64,000 bases of DNA from contig OZ316898.1 in assembly GCA_973895155.1 (NCBI GenBank), positions 8,295,079 to 8,359,078 on the forward strand, written 5' to 3'. The DNA comes from Marsupella aquatica. Its lineage: Eukaryota > Plantae > Marchantiophyta. How positions within the stretch are numbered: position 1 is the stretch's first letter; each line of letters starts with the position of its first letter. Positions 1 to 13,216 of the stretch are shown piece after piece. A program made the position numbers and the translations under genes. The notes under the pieces were generated by a model that was not told the origin of the DNA, did no database searches, and was given only the letters and a program-made list of their open reading frames with translations.

Positions 1-45
1 TGGGCATTACTGGGATTCCCTGTCAGACGAGATCCATGGCTTTAC

Positions 46-87
46 CTGTGAACCTTGTCGGCCTGCCCTGCCCTGCCCTGCCCTGCC
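46..87 (-). CDS. Candidate 42-nt next exon (GRAGQGRAGRQGSQ) of the MAAST gene
   Basis: On the minus strand a T-rich tract TTGTTGTTGTCTTGTCTTGTCTGGCAG precedes (GGCAG)5. The exon ends CAG|GTAAAG and is phase 0/0, compatible with the MAAST donor. Confidence 0.3.
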
Positions 88-3000
88 CTGCCAGACAAGA
101 CAAGACAACAACAAAATAAAAATAAAATAATAATACGGTGGGCACAGAGACACCTAAATACGATACTGTACGAATTTGAAATACTAAATACGTATAATTG
201 TCGACGATATCGTCCTTACAGTCAATTGCCGGTCACTCTGGCCGTCAACCTGTACGGGCTGTAACCCAGCGTGGGTAGCTTTATTAGTTTAGCCCCCTTT
301 AAAGTTTTTACAATAGTTTATTCGTTTCTCTGTTTTCTGCAAACGGTACTTTGGTTAGCACGGAAATATACAGCAAACGGACAAAATAGGGGCATTTTGA
401 ACAGCTGACAGGTGTGGTACTGTGTGATATCGGCAGAGTTTGGGGCAGGGGGGCTATTAAATAGTTTATTAATAATGGCTCCCCAGAATGACATGAATTG
501 AATGAACGGGCATGATTGTCATGCACTGCTCTTTAGGAGTCAGATTCGTCAGACAAATTACAGCTATCGAGATGGGGTGAATGTGTAAAGGGCCTTGTAA
601 ATTAGAGCATCAGCCCACACTGTAAACCCTAATCCTGACCGAGCCCAGGTGGCATATGAGAGATTATCCCAGCCTGCTTAGGATTTAGGGCTTGCACAGG
701 TGGTAGCAATCCACAAAGATTTGTAACCAGTGTTCCTTTTTTATTTGGCCGGCTGCAAAATTTGACCTATCTCCGAATTGCCAAACTCGGTTTGTAATTG
801 CTGTGAATTTGCATATAGGCCTCTGCCCAGCCAAATGTTCACATCTGAATGCAGGTGCAAAATTCCTTCCTGTTCAAACATCGATTAGGTTTTCCCAGGG
901 GCACTTTTTAGCAGGCACTGGCGCAATAGCAAAGTTTCCTTTGTGGATCTGGGAACAATGCTGGTTTTTGAGGCCAGCTTGCTAACTTCTATCACCGGAA
1001 GCACTGGGCCGAATAATTGCTGCGGATGCTCTTACTGTCATGAAGTTCTTCACCTTTTGCAAATACCACTGCTGTCCTCATAGTACCTCGATTTCCACCA
1101 TGGTGAGGGCTTAAATCCCCGAAGCAAAACGTGGTGGATCCAGGTTACTAAAATAAACCAAAAATGGGCCGAAAACAGGAAAAAATTGTTTTATTTTATC
1201 CTCCCCAAACCTGGTCGACAGTGGTGGTTTAACCTTGGTCACCTTGGGTGAGTGGGTCCATGTACTATTTGTTAGAGAGTCCTTGCCCTTGTTCAGTAAA
1301 CAGTCCCCTGAGCATCAATCTTTAAACCTGCCCATCATTGCTTTTCTGTTCTTGTAAGGAAACAATGCCCCATCCGTGAAGAGTAGTGTGTTTCTATATT
1401 GCCTTTTTCAACAAACAGTCATCCTCAGAAACAGGTAATTCATTCATCCATGATAGCAAGTTGAATTGGAAGTTCAACTCATTTCACTTCTTGATATTTG
1501 GATTTTTGTCATATGAATTGCAACTGTAGATTCTATTGTGAATATCTAGGATACTCGGTCCTATTATTATTTTTGAAGCTGCTATATGGTGAATGCACAT
1601 TTCAGATTTTGTCTTATTCAGATTTTTGTGTCATGTATTTTCATTTCAATCTGCCTTATCAAGGGGCAGCCTTTGTATCCTATACATTTTTAATTAATTT
1701 TTAGCCCCCTTTAGTTTTAGGTATTCTAGAATGTTTTGAACTTATTTTGGCAGCCCCCTTTCACATTATGTGTTTTCTTAGAGATGAAACCAAAGGCTTC
1801 ACCACCACTAGTGAGAGAAATGATGCTGAAGAACATGAATGCATAACTTTTAAGTTCTCCTCATGTTTTTCTTTCCTAGGTTTATGGTTTTTATTGAAAG
1901 GAGTGTCATTCATAAGGCACCCTGAGTTAAGTGCACACATCTTAGCATCGTTTGACTGTACCTTTTCTTGGTTAGTGTGCTTTTCTTGGCAGACACTTTA
2001 CTTATATAATAACACTTCTATGCTCTTATATTTTATTTACTTTCAGATCACTACAAGACAAAAAATAAAGCATGTTCCAGGATGAGCATGCTATATGGAG
2101 CAGATAAGGGGCGTGAAGTACTCAAGATTATTCTGGTGCCTGGTTATATTTTCAAGGCAAGTGTCAAGATTGCCCGAGAGAAATGGAATTGGTGACTTTC
2201 ATACCCCAAGGTAGAGTTTTGAGGGTACCACAAGGGAATCCCCATTGAGCAATGTATTAAGACACAACATACTAATGCTTGTGAAGAGATTGACAAAATG
2301 TGTGTGAGAGAATCAAGAAGCAAGGGCAGAGAGATCAATGACACTCTGACATTGAAGGTAAAAAACATTATTGTATCAAACTGGGCTCACTTTTATACTG
2401 AACCCTGGATAATTGCAATATGTACACAATGGACACTCATTTGCAGTTACGGATTTCTACATTGTGAAAAAGTTTCCCAGGAACATGTGGCATGTAAGCA
2501 TAAGTAATCTATTGCCTTATAGAGAATTGCGCTTATCCAAAAAACTTATAAGTGCACCTTGCAATCTAGGTTATGGAAAAGGTGGAATCCTTCAATTTCC
2601 CTCAGGCTATGTGTGAGATCCAAGTAGATCGATTGCACTTATGGGGGGATGACTGTACTTCCCAGGCTCTAGTTAAGAGGCAAGCTACATGGCGGACTTA
2701 GTAGGGCTAGAAATCCCTCTCCCCTTCTAAAGACTTCCATCCTAAGCCTGATTCAATTAAATGAGATCCCCTACTGGGAGTGCCATCCGTGGTCATGGAC
2801 AACCTATGTAAAATAGTAATCACATTTTAGGAAATACAACAAAAAGTTACATCAAGACAGTTACAATATTCGTAAATTCACTACAGTGGCTGTCTAAAAC
2901 AATTTGTCAATAGGTCTAAGATTTTCAAAGTTATTTATTTATCATTCGAACTGGATAACACTACGGTATAAATGTTGAAAAAATGCTTTTTCTATTCCCC

Positions 3001-4389
3001 TCTATTTGTTTGTCATGGGACAGACTCGGGTAGAAGGACAGTAATAAGCTCAGCCCTGCAGTGTCTAAAAGGACCTATGGTAAAACTAACAGCTAGTGCG
3101 AATCAGCGGGCCAATTATAGGGGTAATAAGAGGATTGGGGGCTTTGTCGTTTGTGACGGAGAGAGAGACAAAACCTCTCTTTTGTCCTTTATAGGTTTGT
3201 CTGCCAATTTTGGTTTATTTTATGTAATGCTAGTGTTCTTTTCCCTGTTGAGGATCTCTGTCGAAATTCCTGTAAGAACGAAATATTCCATTCCTCCTCG
3301 CAGGTGCCAAAAGAATAATATCTCCAAAAGGCTGTAAGAAGTAAGATAATGAGTGTTAAGCCACTGACCATGACATTTGAAGCCACGGATGGGAATCATT
3401 TCTCCATGGTAAACTTGACGTGGGTATTCTCCTACATTTTTCTTGCTAGAATTCTTTACTCCAAAGAGGAAAGTCTTTACTGAAATCCGCCTTGCGACCA
3501 GGATGTCATGGCATAGTCTTTACTTAGCAGGATAACCTGTTAAACCCCTAAATCCGGCCCTTTCCTATGGTAAGTACTAAGTACCTTAAAATTTAATCTA
3601 AATCTTAGTTGAAAATGCTCTGGGGACTCAGTATGGCAATGCTTACCCTTCACCTAGACTCCTTTCCGGAAATGAGAAAAATAATGGTGGGTGAGTCCCT
3701 TCTCTCATCTCCCTTCCAGTCATGGGTCAATAGCAGTTGGGCCTTGCAAGGTCATGGTTAGGCTGCAAGGCCTGATGCTACTGAATGACACAAAGGAGAA
3801 ACAAGAGGGAGAAGAAACATCGCGGGCGAAGTCTCCAGTATGAACCTCCTGGCCCCTGATAATTTCCTGGTTTGCCTGACAAAACTATGAGCCCAAAGTC
3901 CTCCTGCAATGTGCAGTCTTGATGTTGCAGGGTTTAAAAAATTGCTTGATATTTCTTCCACTTTTCATTTCTCCTTCATTGCATCGGGCAGTAGGCAGAT
4001 GGCCTTACTGCCTCCTGCACTTGCCCTGCCAGTAATCACATATCAAAATGTGTTAACATACTTTGCGCACTCATTGATTCAAAGAAAATAACAAAATTTA
4101 TAATGGTATGGAGAGACGTTGTACATTGTATATGCCATATTTTGATGTGGAGTTATCTCCACTTGTTACCTCCCTAACTGTCCCCTGGCACGGTCCAACC
4201 ACTATAATACAGACAGAGAGAGGTGTTTTAGACTCCTGTAGCCCATGAAGTCCTTTGTTGCTGGTGAGCTCAGTTTTCATTTTGGATAGATTGTCTGGGT
4301 TGCCAGTGGGCCTGAGGTGGTGGTGCCCAGGGAGAGGGAGAGAGCATCCATGCAAATTGTTAAGGTTTTCATCTTTGTGGGCTGTGGCA

Positions 4390-4960
4390 CATGTCACTTT
4401 GTGTAAAAGAGAAGATGCTAGGAATGAAATTTATTCTAATTTGGCTGAATTACTTTCTGACCACCAGATCTCTCAATATTTAAGGATGACTGTTAGATTC
4501 TGGCAAATGTGATCTGTGGCTAGGAGAAAATGTGGCTAATGGAAGACAGGAAACCAAGCCAATTTTTGCCAAAAGTGACTTGATTTTTCATTCATGAAAA
4601 AACTTCCAGGAACCATGGATTATCTTAGTTGTATGGGGGCAGGAGGTGGCGCCCATGGAGAGGGGCAGCATAGTTGGTGCCCATGGAGAGGGGCAGCATA
4701 GGTGGTGCCTATGGAGAGGGGCAGCATGATTTTTAAGGTTTAATCTTTTGGGGGGCAGGGCAAATGTCACATATTGTATAAAGAAGATGCTGGGAATCTT
4801 TGTAGATTAAGCTATAGTACTTACTGACAGTCAGATCTTTGTAAATTTAAAGATGACCCCTAAATTCCTCCGAATTGAAGACATAAACCCTAGCCAATTT
4901 CTTTGCCAAGATTGACCACAACTTTCTAGAGAGGTCGAATCTGAAAAATTCTCTAGAAAA
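4390..4960. repeat. Diverged ~370-bp direct repeat with an internal 3x ~29-bp array (4640-4730)
   Basis: ATGTCAC...AGAAGATGCT.GGAAT...CAGATCT...GATGAC occurs at ~4391 and ~4764. GGTGCCCATGGAGAGGGGCAGCAT occurs three times. Confidence 0.7.
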
Positions 4961-7050
4961 CTCTGGTCACTTTTCAGACCTTTCATGGTTCATCGAAGGG
5001 TTTTTCCATAACTGCCATATCCATGGTAGCTTCAAGTTTTTTTCAGAACCTCGAGGATTCTAGATGGATTTTTAGAACTGTCCTGGAGTCCTCCGCTGGG
5101 CAGGGCAGATTCATGCAGCGTGGCATAGAAAGGTTATGTAACCTGTTCCCTTGTTTAGAGGGCCCCACTTCCCTTATAAACTCCTGATGCAATAATTGAC
5201 TAGGATAACTGCACAGACCCAGAAATATACAGTATATGGAAAGTCATACCACCTGGGGTTGGTACGGTATTAACATACGGTAGTACTGGGTATATGATAT
5301 GTTGCCCAAAACTGATATCACAATCCCTACCCGCTACTAGGGGGTCTTAAATCTCAGTAGCTATGGGTAAGAGCCTAAAGCCACAACACTACTGTAGATG
5401 GTAACTTTTTCATGGGCTAATGAAATCCAAGTAGTTTCCATTAAAATTTACTCTTCAGGACTTGAGTATTATTACTCTGCACCGAGACTCACTTAATGGT
5501 AAATTTCTCATCATTAAATGAGATCTAAGTGTATAGTCTAGATGGAAAGCTCCTCTTCAAGACTTGAGGTCTCGATTGAATACTCTTCAAGACTTGAGGT
5601 CTCGATTGAATCCTCTAGAGGGTGACTCTGGCCGTGGACATCTCTGGATTAGAGAGTGCGCGACCTAAAGCTACTCTTCAGGGCCCGTGGTCTAGAGTGA
5701 AGCCTCTAAACTGTGGCTCTTGGGTAGTAAGGGTAGTAACTAAAGTTGGGGCTGTGAGTTAAAAATGGGTACATTTTTTTTTTGTCTGGCCTGCGGAGTA
5801 TGGTTATGGCCTACCCTTACAGACGCTCTTAAACTTATGGAAAATGAAATTATGAAGTTGGTATGACTTGTGGTCATAAGTCAGAACTGAGCTACTGAAT
5901 GTGAGCTTTAGTAGTTTCAGACTACCTATTTGACTCTAAATTGTAGTGCCAGAATTTGCATTTGGAGGTCCCATCTGAGTTAACAGGCTCAAGTAGGAAT
6001 CTCATCCAAACTGGGGTCAACCTCACTCGGCTGGTGAGTCCTGACCATAGTTTTTTTTAGTGTCAAAGTCCACTCAATTCCACCTCGCTAAAAGTCTTTG
6101 CCACTTTTGCCAAAACAATTCCAGGCTTTTTGTCTTTGTTAGCCAGTGTTCCATCTGGCCAGAGACCCTTTGGCCAGAATGTAATGGTTATCCTTAAATC
6201 CAGGAAACCATAAAAACTGAATCAAAAGAGAACTGAACAGGAATATTCCTAGGGTGGCTGGAGGGTCATTTGAGATACTACAGATGGTATACCAGTGGTA
6301 AAAGAGATTTTGGATTCCTTTTAGTACAAAGCCTTGCCATATTGGACTAATTTGCTAAGAGACTAATTTGATTGAAACCAGCTTCACCTGAAACTCGTAG
6401 TTACTTGACTAGAGTACTCCTATTTCTCACAAGAGAAGATCTGATGAAGGAAGGGACCAAGCCGGGAAGAGACCTCCAAATTGAGGTGGTCTAACTTCTG
6501 GGACAAAACTGTTCTCCGCATAAACAAATTGAGCCACGCTCTATTCCATGTTAGACAGGAAACAATGTAGAAAGAAACTGCCCCTTGTTTTGTAAAGTGA
6601 TATGCAATTGTATGTCCCCCAATGGATGACCTCGATCACAACTTGGACACTTTTTTCTTTTATAAAAGTGCCATCAACAGCTTGGACACTACCCAAAAAA
6701 TTGAAATTGCCAGCAACGTCTTTTAAAGACACCCTTAAAGTGTTTTCCTTTCACTCAAGGTGACATGGGCCACCACCATAACAGGAAACGCTTTCAAAAA
6801 ATTACCTGAGTAACCGTAAGACAGGGAAAGGTAAGTGTAAAAGACTACTTGTCCACTTGTAGAGAAGAAGAAGAGCAGCAGCAATATATTTATAAATAAT
6901 AATGTTTCCACACACGCGGAGCAGAGCCGTCAGCACTATTCTGGATTACTCGGGAACCGAACTGCGAGGCTGCGGCTGTCAGAACCCCTAAAATTCATCG
7001 CCCTCTGCCCAGCCCGGACTCCAGTCAAAAGTAGCGGTCTGGCGCCTCAC

Positions 7051-8000
7051 CGTACTTGCCGCCATTTCCAGATTTAGAAAGCTCGCAACGTAAATTCTAG
7101 TCGACGGTTTCTCGAGATGCATTCAATGCTCCCAATCAAACGGCCAGCGCTCTGTGATCGGGTCACTGAACATCCCGATCGTCGGTTGTGAAGTCTGTCA
7201 ATATCACCGTAAGGCCCCGACACGACAAACTTAGGGTTGGATGTCGGCTCTGCTCCATGCCCATGCATCCCGAAGCTTGGTTCCATGACATGGCACTTCG
7301 GGGCGTACGGCGGGAGTACGGAGGGGATCGAGCTGGTTTTTTGGCTCTCTCTCTCTTGGCACCCACCTCATGCCCGCGGGCTGGGAGCCAAAAAGTGTGG
7401 CGGGGCCGACGGGCAGAGAAGATAAATTCGCCAGAAGATTGAGGAAACGAAGGGTTCTCCCTCGTTGCTCGGGCAGCGAGAGACGGCGCCCGGGGGGCAC
7501 GGTCCCGGAAGGAAAAAAAGAAAGCGGGTTATTATGTTTTTTTACGCCTTTCATGATTTCGCGGCTTTTCCGAATTGATTACTCGTTTCCGCCGTCGCGA
7601 GAATATATTTCATCATAAAAACCCGCCCCTCCGAGTCGTCGATTCTCGAAATCGACTGCTCACCTTCTCCATCTGAATTTATTTGCAAAATTAACGACTC
7701 GCCCGTACGGTATATCCGAATCGAGCGACGAAATAGTCATGGATGGAGAGTGCTGGCCTGGTGGGGGGGTGCGTTTCGGGGCAGCGAATCCGGCGGCCGG
7801 GAGTCTGGTTTCTGTCGGGAAACGTACGGTCAGAGACCGCCTTTTGAACTTTAATTGGCTGGCCGGATTCCGGCAGCCGAACGGCGCGCACGACAAACCG
7901 GGGAAGGTAAGATCGGGACGGAAGTGTTGGACGGGGAAGGGTGGACGGAATGTGGATCTGAAATTGTGAACGGAGGAGAGGAGAGGAGAGGAGACGTATG
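7051..8000 (-). other. Probable 5' end (promoter, UTR exon, first coding exon MAAST) of an unidentified gene running leftward out of the window
   Basis: CpG-rich island with TGGGCC site-II motifs at ~8000-8320 and a CT-rich leader near 7990. Donor AAG|GTGAGC at 7664/7663, telo-box at 7231-7238, acceptor GACAG at 7195. Then gaaATGGCG (7065) ATG GCG GCA AGT ACG|GTGAGG. Confidence 0.5.
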
Positions 8001-8949
8001 GGCCTGTGGATAGTAAATGAATTAATGAATGATAATAGTATATGGGATTTATCATTTATGGCCGCCAGGGTCCGCGTCATGAATTGCAGGGCACCGAATT
8101 GGGGTGACGTGGGTGTTGTGTGGCCCGAAATATACACGCAATAATAAAGAACAATGATACTGTTTGTATGGGTAGAGGTGCAGCCAGAATGATATGCGGC
8201 AGACGGGCTGGAATGGGCCAATGGCAGGGTTGGGAAGTTTAATCTTTGGCAAATGATGAGTGTGCTCGAGGAGATGTTTTGGACTTTTGGGGGAGGGGGA
8301 GATGGTGGACCCCAAGGGCCCATGTTTTAGCGCCACCTTTTGGGAGTTCTTAAAGGGAGGAGTAATAGAAAAGACTGCAGCTCTTGGAGGTATGTTGTTG
8401 ATGGTTATTATTTTATATTACTTGACCTCATTGATGATTGACTTGTTGGGTCGAATGACAGGAGTGTAACTGTAGTAGTCCATTGTCGTTCATAAATGAT
8501 GGGCGCCTTTGTGAAAAAGATCAAAAATCTTGTGGAGTCGTTTACCTATGCGTCTTGGGTATTTTGGGTAGACGGATTCTGAAAACTTATTTATTATAAT
8601 TGTTTTTGGTCCTGGGTCCCACTCTGAGATGGTGCTGTCTTGCACCCCGTTTCCATTTATGTCATAATAAGAGGACTAGCTTATACCATTTTCCCAGGTG
8701 TCGAGTTGTTTTTGTTTATAAAGTACTTTGGTGGACCTCACTTTGGGATGAGAGTTTGAGCAGCAGCTTTTCAACCTATTAAGCTTGAATCCACAATTCA
8801 CTTGTGGCATTGTCATAGTGAAGACTATTGAGCTAGGCTTGTTGGTCGACTAATGCGAAGTAGAATCTCAAGGGCTGCTAGGTCTATCCAAGTTGATGGT
8901 TCAAGGATTATCGTCCATTTGAGCATAACTCAAAAAGAATAATAATTCA

Positions 8950-9280
8950 GCTTATCATGAATTAAATGGACCAGAAAAGTGATCATTAGTAAGTGATTTG
9001 GACTGCTTACACGGAAAGGGTTAATAGTATGAATCATTGTCTATCTGAGTGATCGAGAGGGTCTAGGAAAAGGACTATGGCAACTCAAGCAGTCCTACGA
9101 TTTAGAGCGTGTCTTAGATTTTAAAAATGGGATTATCTCAATGAAATGGACCTGAGAAAGAGCGTCATTAGTAAGGGATAATGAGTGGTTGATTGAAATT
9201 GTGCAATCCTTGACTACCGTAGATCATTGCCAATCGAGTGAAAAGGAGGGTCTAGAAAAAGGACGAGTACAACTTACTCC
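8950..9280. repeat. Diverged ~185-bp tandem duplication
   Basis: AAATGGACC..GAAA...TCATTAGTAAG ... ATCATTG ... GAGGGTCTAG.AAAAGGAC is present twice. Confidence 0.7.
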
Positions 9281-9699
9281 ACAAAGACACAGTAGATGAA
9301 TCATGATACTCACTTTGGTGTGATTGACAATTGGAAGGTAGTTTTCAAAATGGGTCTAATTACATTTAATCAGTAATGGTTTGGGTTAGTAATTTAAATC
9401 ATTGGTGGTCTATATGCTGCTTTTTTAAGGGGAGTTGAAAAAGACCTTCCAAGAGGTGAGAGTAGAATCATGAGAGGATAGTGATTGGGAGTGGTGAAAT
9501 GGGGATGATGCGAGAATGATTTTGTGGTGGGGAAGATGGAGAGTCATAATACTGCTTGGGAAATGATTAAACTAGGAATGAATCTACGAGGAAGGTTCTC
9601 AATGTTTGTATTTTTACAAATTGTCCTTCATGTTCATTGGCATACCGTCCAGGGCACCCAGGAGCCTAATTTTTAAGGTTTTATTTACACTCGTTAAAA

Positions 9700-11250
9700 G
9701 AGACGATGATAGGAAGATTCCATATCTAATTTTTGGTGATTAATATCTGAATATCTGCTCTCCCCAGAGTTAGGAATAACTGTTAGATTCAAGCTAATGG
9801 GTCTGTGAGCAAGTGTGAAACTGGCTAAAGCAAGACACCTATAACTTAGTGTCACAAGTGGAATAGCCTTTCCAGAGAGGTGGAATCTCATGAAATTTTG
9901 GCCACTAAAAAAATGCTGGCACCCCACTCCATAAGACTATATAACTTATGGGTTAGTTTTGGGGAACTATCTGAGGGCTTCGTCCATGCATTCTTTGAAC
10001 ATAAGTAAAGGTGAGGCCTACGCTGGGTCCACCGGCCGCCGCCCTCACCCCCACCCTCAACTCTGGCTGCAACCCAAAGTCACGGGGATGCAGTCTAGGA
10101 TTCATGGTGTCTAGGCAGAATACAAGGTTTGCATCACACTTTGGTAATCAGATACATAGTAATTACAGTCATAAATTTGGTGTGTAATTCAACACCATCA
10201 CACATAGTTTGCTGTTCTACCTACTCTGGCCGCCTCAGACAAATAAACCTTGTTTTCTCTGTTTTGCTGGTTTTGATGAATCAAGTGCTGAGGTCTCCTC
10301 TCAAGATTCAGAAAATCTCAAATTAAAAAGAGTGATATGCTCTGTAATTATTAATGTCCAAGATGTATGGGATTTTCTAGCTCAGATTGATTTTTCATGG
10401 TTACTGCAGAGGATGTTCAGCCCAAGTTTCCGTGTTCAGGGAGGGATGGTGGCCAGGGTCTAGGAGTACTTTATTTGAAAATAGACATGGCACAAATGCA
10501 GTTCACTGAGTAAACAATGCGAGCCTTTCAAAGCCAGTGTTGTTCTCTCGACCTCATCTGTCTTATAGCCTTCTCTTTAATGCTACATTTTGCATCTTGC
10601 TTGAAGCAAGATGGAAGCAAGTGCATCTTGCTTCCATACTTGATATTCTGCACTTTCCATGCCATTGTAACCCCCATGCCAGCCTGGCCTGGGGGCTCCA
10701 AGTCTCACAATCCCAGGCCAGCCTCACTGAGTTTCAAAATTTTAAAACTTTTTGTGAAAAGCAAGGGGCAGGGGTTACTGTTGCCTAACCCCTGGCTTAT
10801 GAGGGTGCCATTGCTGTAACCCCTCTGGAATTACAGCCCATACCACCTCCAGGCCATGGGGCAACCCTACACATATACTGCTCCCACTCAACTACTCAAG
10901 GCTCTGCTGCTTTTGCATACGCCATTCACATGGATCTAGACAAACTGTTTTTCTGTGTGATAAAAAAATTCCTAACGTCCTCAGCATCCTGTTCACCCAT
11001 GCTAAGCAAAATCTTCATAGTTGAGGCCACCTGCTTCACTTTCCTAGTTACAACTTCATTCCAATTTGAGAAACCTCCTTGCTCAATGTAGTTGAGTAAT
11101 TTGTTGCTGTGCAGTAGCACGTCGCTACTCTAATAACATTTGGACATCAGTCCGCAACCATAGCAAGGCATATAGTCTCTACTGTTACAAATGTTATGCC
11201 AAGCAGGTACCCATGAGATGATATGCTATATCTCTGAACAGGATAAACTG
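9700..11250 (-). mobile_element. Highly degenerate LINE 3' remnant
   Basis: Minus-strand fragments across frames (WG..GKC, MHLLPSC; Trp-rich) near 10600-10700 resemble a broken zf-RVT. There is no intact ORF and the boundaries are approximate. Confidence 0.3.
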
Positions 11251-13153
11251 AGCTCTTTCAATCTCAAGGAGTTTGAGTTCAGAGCAATGTTTGATAGATC
11301 AATCTGGGTTGCAGTGGTCCATCCAAGTTAGATAAGGTAGCATTGAGTTCAGAGCAATGCTTGATAGCGATTATCTGGGTTGCAGCAGTCCATCCAAGTA
11401 GTTTCTCAAAGATTATGATCCATCCCTGTTCAAATTTATTTTATTCCAACTCTCCCTATGTAGCTAACTGAATCAAAATTCATAATTGGGGACAATGTTG
11501 ATAACGGGTGGCATGTACGCACACCTCTCCACCGTTCAATTACAAAGCCGGAGAGAGAACCATATGGAGTGTCCGAGACTGATCAAACCTATTTAGACAT
11601 TGTTGGTTTGCTTGAGTCACTTGGTTGTGGTGTGGGCGTGTTCTTGTTTTTGTTTTTTCACTGAAAATGAAGCCCGGATGAACCAGATTGCCAGAACTGA
11701 GATTCACTAAGTTGCCCCCATCCTTTTGTGAGAATACATACTAACCACTCTGTAATTTATTTAGTACATTGCCATCTTTTCCTAGCACTAGTTAGATAAC
11801 CAAACTCAAGTTAGTTAGAATGATCTGATAGTGGTCATCTTGCACCTTTTCTGAATCAAATAGTTGAAACTCCATCCAACCGCAATAGGTCTATCCTGCT
11901 AGCTCCCCTCCACCTTGCATAAATTTCTTTCCATCATCTGTCCCAACCAGTCCTGCTCCTGGTCACCTTTAATTAGTGACAGAAAGAGACCTACACACTA
12001 AGTTGGATGATGGCAGGAGTGCCCGAGTTAGGATTGATGGGAGTTTCAGCCTTCAAATAGAATTTCTGCTACCATTGGATTGTTTTGAGCTAACCCTGGT
12101 TAGAAAAAAAAAGTGGCAAAGCCTATATTAGACAGAAAAATATGGTAAATCTCAATCTGCCAAAATGCTACCATGGATTCTTGCAATCCAAATGGACAGC
12201 ATTTGGATCCCACTTTAAATCTCGCATTGTCAGAGAGAAATTCTGAATTACTCCATCCTGGTCATGTGGTTTCTATTACTGTCCATGGGAGCATCGTCAA
12301 TAACTGGTTAGTTAAGATTGCATTAAAAATAATATTTTGGTTTTGAAATAGAATATTGTGTGACTATGTTTTAGGAGGGATGCGATTCTGAGACGCAGAC
12401 GGATAAATTGGAGCTATCCTAGTCACTTTATGGAAATGAGGGGATACCGTGGTCAAAGTGAGACTTAATTAATAGAGACCCAATATTAATAAGCATCTTT
12501 TTCAGGTAGACGACGGTACAAAGATGACGTATAACTGTGATGAATTAGATGGCATGTTTGGAATAATTAGTCAAGAGAGAGAGGAGAGTTACGCACTTAT
12601 TAGCCCACTAAGTACACTAATCCGTCGTGGCAAGGAAAGGACTACAGTTGGCATTAGCATTAATCATGGCCCACTTAAGAGCGTGCCAAACTCATTAAGG
12701 TGGCATGTGTTGTAATAATATTATTATCGTTATTGGTATTCTTGTTGCTCATGGGAGGAAGTACGTTTGCATGGCAATTAAGCTCCATTGGTGTGTTTTG
12801 CTTTGCCCAAAAAATGCCAAGTGGTACTAATGGCACCTTGGTGCTAACCCCAGATGATGCCCTGTTCCTCAAGGAAAGGAAAGGACGCTACATATCCTAT
12901 GTATGTAACATATTTCATTTCATTTTTTGATTTGATTTGATTGTAATATTTCTTATCTGATTTTATCGTTTTGAAGGTTTTCTTTAGAATTGTCTTGTAT
13001 CCGCTTGCAGTGCACTACCGTGGGTAGGGGATCATGTTTAGGGTAAGAATGTACAATTAAGTAAGCAAATGACAAATCTGTTCACTGACGGAGAGCCCGT
13101 TGGACATCGATAAATGCAACTTCGAAGTGTTTTGCACTCATGAAATAGTGCTA

Positions 13154-13216
13154 ACCCTCATTAAGTGCACACAGAGGCTTCTGGCCAGAAGTGTGCACTT
13201 ATAAAGGGTCACTGTA
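13154..13216. mobile_element. Terminal fragment of a Tc1/mariner (pogo-like) non-autonomous element
   Basis: Hairpin ACCCTCATTAAGTGCACAC / GTGTGCACTTATAAAGGGT ending ...GGGTCACTG|TA, i.e. a CAGT-type terminus with TA. Related TAAGTGCAC motifs occur at ~1928 and ~2549. Confidence 0.4.

Noticed and set aside
970-1110. Minus-strand peptide PHHGG...AVVFAKGEE, reminiscent of ribosomal protein L1
   Set aside because: The match is too short, is followed by a stop and has no supporting exons.
6541-6732. FLGSVQAVDGTFI, resembling the PIF/Harbinger transposase GAIDGTHI motif
   Set aside because: It is a single short motif with no downstream DDE motifs or TIRs; it needs an HMM search.
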